DNA of 63,025 nt, filler included, from Klebsormidium nitens (taxonomy: Eukaryota; Plantae; Klebsormidiophyceae), in NCBI GenBank assembly GCA_000708835.1. It is 7 parts of 7 records of this genome, joined end to end, with 100 filler letters (N's around TTAATTAATTAA, not from the genome) between each part and the next. Parts side by side here need not be neighbours in the genome. Positions count along the whole stretch, not along the records: positions 61,573 to 63,025 come from DF238412.1; 6 more parts are not named here. The stretch is one strand, 5' to 3'. A program made the position numbers and the translations under genes. The stretch's first letter is position 1; the number at the start of each line of letters is the position of its first letter. Of this stretch, positions 62,566 to 63,025 are shown in pieces. A model generated the notes under the pieces. It saw only the letters and a program-made list of their open reading frames with translations. It was not told the origin of the DNA and ran no database searches.

Positions 62566-63025
62566 TACGCGGCGAATATGTCAAATTAACGCGTGTTTCA
62601 AGACCGTAGGTAAAAACTATTCCCTCATCGCAGGACGCAGGAGCACGAGCCGCCCTAAAGAAGATAAGGCTTGAGTGGCTAACGACCGAACTATGCCACG
62701 TTGGCAGGTGCCAGCTTGTCACGCATTGGTGCCAGGCTGGCAGGTGCCAAGTTGTCACGCATCGGATTGGTAGGTGCTAGATTGTCACTCATTGGATTAG
62801 AAGGAGCCAGGTTGGCAGGTGCAATAGACGCCCACGGTGCTACGCGGCAGATGTGTCAGATTAACGCGTGATTCACGACCGCACGATAGTAAACACAACC
62901 TCATCGCAGGACGTAGGGCAACGAGCTGGCCTAAACAAGATAAGGCTCGTTGGTACGCGGCGGAATGCCAGGTTGGCAGGTGCAATGGACGCCCATGGTG
63001 CTACCGTACGCGGCGAATGTGTCAA
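62566..63025 (+). repeat. Satellite-like nested tandem repeat running off the window end
   Basis: A TACGCGGC.AAT.TGTCA-like unit starts at 62566, 62841 and 63007. CTCATCGCAGGACG and AAGATAAGGCT are duplicated, and the (CCA)GGTTGGCAGGTGC subrepeat occurs about five times. Confidence 0.8.

Overview
Eukaryotic, intron-rich green-lineage nuclear DNA. A streptophyte alga such as Klebsormidium is my inference from GC-rich spliced genes with land-plant-like orthologues. It is a draft scaffold with eight N-gaps, six carrying a TTAATTAATTAA linker, and several homopolymer frameshifts. The left third (1-18.2 kb) is a housekeeping block: FTSH11-like protease (-), a divergent DEAD-box helicase (+), and an AMBRA1/DCAF-like WD40 gene (-) with an apparent pair of mutually exclusive exons. 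21-32.5 kb holds ubiquitin-related genes: a non-RD kinase/U-box gene and two tandem intronless F-box+transmembrane paralogues. 33-63 kb is an accessory, mobile region. It contains a nested repeat array with a 5'-truncated LINE, two spliced KDZ (Kyakuja-Dileera-Zisupton)-type transposase genes flanking a virus/plasmid-like PrimPol-Zn-finger/D5 SF3 primase-helicase, and fold-back iteron units. It also has a ~50-bp palindromic repeat in every fully visible intron of one transposase, a decayed spliced SHMT fragment, fold-back mini-elements with a telomere-like core, and a Bro-N/KilA-like ORF. The best novel-system candidate is the KDZ transposase + D5 primase-helicase + hairpin/palindrome module at 41-55 kb.
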